DNA of 64,000 bases from Dehalococcoidia bacterium. GTDB lineage: Bacteria; Chloroflexota; Dehalococcoidia; Lucifugimonadales; UBA1123. The translations under genes were made by a program, and so were the position numbers. The notes under the pieces were generated by a model. It saw nothing but the letters and a program-made list of their open reading frames with translations. It made no database searches and was not told where the DNA came from. Location of the stretch: assembly GCA_963665255.1 (NCBI GenBank), contig OY762210.1, positions 2,280,293-2,344,292 of the forward strand, given 5' to 3'. Of this stretch, positions 60,744 through 64,000 are shown one piece after another. How positions within the stretch are numbered: the stretch's first letter is position 1; every line of letters starts with the position of its first letter.

Positions 60744-61994
60744 GTGGTCAAGTCGATAAGCCATACGGTAACAAGGCCAGGCAGACGGTCTGGTGATCCA
60801 TGTGTCGACATACCGGTTCCCGCTGAGCTTGCCACGATACCGGGAATCCCGCAAAAACCTGTTGACGTGGCCTTCTACAGCAGAGAGCATCCGCTCGAGT
60901 CTCAGGCCGTGTACAAGTCCGCCGATCGCCAGTGGGCGGTCGTCCACCAGTCGAGCGACATCGACGACTTCAGGAAGGGCCACGACGAGCGAATGGAGCC
61001 GATGTACCAGGACGGGCTGGTGTCCGGCGACGTAGAGCCGACCGGTACGCCTGTCGCGGGCGAGGACTTGACGGATGACCTCCGAAGACTTGGCCGGGAG
61101 CTCGGATTTGGTGAAGTAGGCTTCGCCAAACACGACCGTCACTACACTTACTCGGGCAAGAAACGCTGGGCAAAGTTCGAGCACGCCATCTGTCTGGCTT
61201 ACGAGCAGGACTACCGGATGACACAGTCAGGCCCGAGTCCTGAGGCGGACCAGGCGCGATTCGAGACCTACGAGTTCGAGCAGGCTGGATGCCTGAAGCT
61301 GGCTGAATACATCAGGTCGAGAGGCTACCACGCGCAGGTCCACGATGGTTACGACTGCAGCGGCCCTTACATACCAATGTTCGTCGAGGCGGGACTGGGA
61401 CAGCTAGGCGCGAACGGTCAACTACTGTCACCACACTTCGGCTCGCGAGCGAGACTGATGCTGGTCACGACCAACGCTCCTGTCACATACGGCACGCCTG
61501 AGGACTACGGCATCCACAAGTTCTGCCAGGAGTGCCAGGTCTGCGTTAATCGCTGCCCAGGAAGGGCAATTTCACGAGACAAGGTCTGGTGGCGCGGGGT
61601 CGAGAAGAACAAGCTCATCTACGAACGCTGTCGGCCGATCATGGTTACCTATCACGGCTGTGCGGTCTGCATGATAGTCTGCCCAGTCCAGCGTTACGGG
61701 ATGAAGCCGGTGATGGAACACTACGTGGAGACTGGCGAAGTGCTGGGAAAGGGCACTGAGAACCTCGAAGGTTACCCGTTGAAGGGCAAGGGACACTTCG
61801 GCCCTGGGGAACTGCCGAGCTTCGAAAGAGGGTTCTTCGATATCCCACAGGGTCGTGAGGAAGACTGGCTCTTCGAACAGTTCAAAGAAAAGCTTCGCTC
61901 ATCTGGTGTTCCCGAAGAATCCGAATTGGTAGAATTCGCGTCCGTCGTGAAGAAAGTGCTGGATAAGGGCGAGACGACCTTCGACATCGCCTGA
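60744..61994 (+). CDS. Reductive dehalogenase/QueG-superfamily cobalamin and 2x[4Fe-4S] protein
   Basis: VGFA, AEYIRSRGY.A, AGLGQLGANGQLLSPHFGSRARL, CQECQVCVNRCP, C-x9-CAVCMIVCP; AGGAGGAGG RBS before GTG at 60744. Confidence 0.8.
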   Translation: MVKSISHTVTRPGRRSGDPCVDIPVPAELATIPGIPQKPVDVAFYSREHPLESQAVYKSADRQWAVVHQSSDIDDFRKGHDERMEPMYQDGLVSGDVEPTGTPVAGEDLTDDLRRLGRELGFGEVGFAKHDRHYTYSGKKRWAKFEHAICLAYEQDYRMTQSGPSPEADQARFETYEFEQAGCLKLAEYIRSRGYHAQVHDGYDCSGPYIPMFVEAGLGQLGANGQLLSPHFGSRARLMLVTTNAPVTYGTPEDYGIHKFCQECQVCVNRCPGRAISRDKVWWRGVEKNKLIYERCRPIMVTYHGCAVCMIVCPVQRYGMKPVMEHYVETGEVLGKGTENLEGYPLKGKGHFGPGELPSFERGFFDIPQGREEDWLFEQFKEKLRSSGVPEESELVEFASVVKKVLDKGETTFDIA

Positions 61995-62017
61995 GAAGTG
62001 GTTGAAGCCGACGGATT

Positions 62018-62902
62018 GTGGAGGCTCAGTTGCAGACGTTTTCCGAATCGCTGAAGTCCGGCAAGTTCGTAGTTACCACCGAGCTGAACCCTCCGAAGGG
62101 TACAGACCTCCGAAGGCTGTTCAGGGAGGCCGATTCCCTCAGCGGCATGGTTGACGCATTCAACCTTACGGACTCCCCTGGAGCCAACATGTCGATGGCG
62201 CCCATCGCAGCTGCGCACCTGATGCGGGACCGCAATATTGAACCCATACTGCAGGTGACCGGTCGCGACCGTAATCGTATTGCGATCGAGGGAGAGATAC
62301 TCGCGGCAGCCGCGCTGGGAGTCACCAATGTCCTGTGCATGAGTGGGGACCCCCCAGGCCGTGGCGATCACCCAGATGCGGTGGGAGTCTTCGATCTCAG
62401 GGCTGAGACGCTGCTAGAGGCCGTTTCAGCGATGAACTCAGGCACAGACATGTACGGCAACGACCTTAGGGGTACCCCGTCCATACTTGCGGGCGCCGTC
62501 GCCAATCCTGGCGCCGATGACCTGGACGTCGAGCTTGCCCGCATGGAGGAGAAGGTGCGCATGGGAGCGTCCTTCTTCCAGACCCAGGCAGTCTATGATG
62601 CCGCGACGTTCCAGACGTTCATGGAAACCGCCCGGGGATTCGGAGTGCCCGTACTTGCCGGCATGATCGTACTCAAATCGGCGCGAATGGCGAGATTCCT
62701 GGATGCAAATTTGCCCGGCGTATCTGTGCCAGACAGCATCATCGAGGAGATGGACTCAGCAGATGTGCCGGCTGAGACCAGCATCGAAATCACTTCCCGT
62801 CTCATCCGGGATGTACGCGACATGTGCGACGGTACGCACATTATGGCCATCGGTTGGGAGTCCCGCATTCCCGAGATTCTGGAGGGATCCGGCCTGGTCT
62901 GA
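62018..62902 (+). CDS. metF: Methylenetetrahydrofolate reductase
   Basis: ELNPPKG, NLTD, RDRNRIA, SGDPP..GDHP, K...GA.FFQTQAVYD, H.MAIG. Confidence 0.9.
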   Translation: MEAQLQTFSESLKSGKFVVTTELNPPKGTDLRRLFREADSLSGMVDAFNLTDSPGANMSMAPIAAAHLMRDRNIEPILQVTGRDRNRIAIEGEILAAAALGVTNVLCMSGDPPGRGDHPDAVGVFDLRAETLLEAVSAMNSGTDMYGNDLRGTPSILAGAVANPGADDLDVELARMEEKVRMGASFFQTQAVYDAATFQTFMETARGFGVPVLAGMIVLKSARMARFLDANLPGVSVPDSIIEEMDSADVPAETSIEITSRLIRDVRDMCDGTHIMAIGWESRIPEILEGSGLV

Positions 62903-63086
62903 TTGACAGCACCCAGGGTGTCTGATGAATCCCCACCTCCTGGCATTCCAGAGAACCATGGGGATGTTGCGTCTTCCACCCTGCCCCTTAGTTCTGCCCA
63001 ATAAGTGAAAGGAGGCGACTTGCACAAATCACACAGCGGAATCACTTAGCGTTGTCAGATTAAGGCTGAACAACTGGAGGAAAATA

Positions 63087-64000
63087 ATGGGGGAAACTCT
63101 GGTTATCGATGGTCTGAAGAAGAGGATCTTGCCCGTGAACCTTCGGCAGAGCGGAAACAGCGACGCGAGGATGCTTATCTCAACCCGCGTCAGGAAGTCT
63201 CCGTGGTGGCACATGTCGAAGGCCGCAGGCTGCTGGGCATACACGGTTTACAACCACCTTTATCACCCTCGAGCGTACATCAAACCCGAAGACGGTGGCC
63301 TTATGGCCGAGTACGAGACATTAACGAATCACGTGAGTATGTGGGACGTCGCCGTCGAACGTCAGATTCAGGTCAAAGGCCCTGACGCAGCCGCATTTGT
63401 GGACTATCTGATTACACGCGACGTTTACGAGCGTGTCCCAACCATGCAGGCCCGGTACGTGATCCTGTGCAACCAGCACGGTGGCATAATCAACGACCCG
63501 GTGCTCCTGCGCGTAGCCGATGACGAATTTTGGTTCAGCATCTCAGATTCGGACGTACTGCTTTGGGCGCAGGGCGTCAATTCCACTGGCAGGTTCAACG
63601 CGGAAGTTCACGAGATAGACGTGTCTCCAGTCCAGATACAGGGTCCCAAGTCAGTGGACCTACTCGAAAAGATCGTCGGTCCACATGTGAGGGAGATTCC
63701 CTATTACGGGCTGATCCACGATACTGTGAACGGCTACCCAGTGACGATTTCGCGAACCGGCTTCTCCGCGGAGGTTGGTTTCGAGATCTACCTGCACAAC
63801 GCGATGCTCTATTCGGACGAGATCTGGCCTTACATTATGGAACAGGGTGAGGAATTCAATCTGGGAGTCATTGCCCCAAGCCATATCCGGCGACTGGAAG
63901 CCGGTATTCTCTCATACGGCCAGGACATGGACATCGAGAGTAACCCCTTCGAGGTCCGACTCGGCTGGCAGGTGGACCTGCAGAAAGGTGACTACATAGG
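63087..64000 (+). CDS. GcvT-family THF-dependent aminomethyltransferase, DmdA-like (partial)
   Basis: Manual translation from GGAGG RBS and ATG at 63087: R.RKSPW, YTVYNHLYHP, MWDVAVERQIQVKGPDA, GIINDPVLLR, SISDSD, QGPKS, SRTGFS.E.GFEIY, RRLEAGILSYGQD; no stop before the window end. Confidence 0.9.
   Translation, partial: MGETLVIDGLKKRILPVNLRQSGNSDARMLISTRVRKSPWWHMSKAAGCWAYTVYNHLYHPRAYIKPEDGGLMAEYETLTNHVSMWDVAVERQIQVKGPDAAAFVDYLITRDVYERVPTMQARYVILCNQHGGIINDPVLLRVADDEFWFSISDSDVLLWAQGVNSTGRFNAEVHEIDVSPVQIQGPKSVDLLEKIVGPHVREIPYYGLIHDTVNGYPVTISRTGFSAEVGFEIYLHNAMLYSDEIWPYIMEQGEEFNLGVIAPSHIRRLEAGILSYGQDMDIESNPFEVRLGWQVDLQKGDYI

Noticed and set aside
63087-64000. Assigning the gene symbol dmdA
   Set aside because: Motifs are DmdA-like, but the gene is partial and GcvT paralogues cannot be assigned a substrate without phylogeny

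Overview
A GC-rich, gene-dense bacterial chromosome segment with no mobile element, CRISPR array or rRNA. Gene content suggests Chloroflexota, probably Dehalococcoidia/SAR202-like (inference only): a T-box, an F420-type PPOX enzyme, a Gld-like ABC system and many amidohydrolase, hydantoinase and GcvT paralogues. Housekeeping genes include coaE, selA, rarA, fumC, argS, typA, groEL, valS, leuB, leuS and tRNA-Leu(TAG). The ORF track misses or truncates several features: (i) selD is a selenoprotein gene with an in-frame UGA at 17831 and a SECIS-like hairpin; (ii) a partial CbbQ/NorQ AAA+ gene lies at the left edge; (iii) a partial DmdA-like aminomethyltransferase lies at the right edge; (iv) a Leu-specific T-box precedes leuS. 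The best candidate for an undescribed system is the right-end cluster of dimethylglycine oxidase-like, reductive-dehalogenase-like (no Tat signal, no rdhB), MetF and DmdA-like genes. Other candidates are a hydantoinase A/B fusion operon with an active plus an apparently dead CE7 esterase, and a motif-altered PlsY paired divergently with an atypical kinase.
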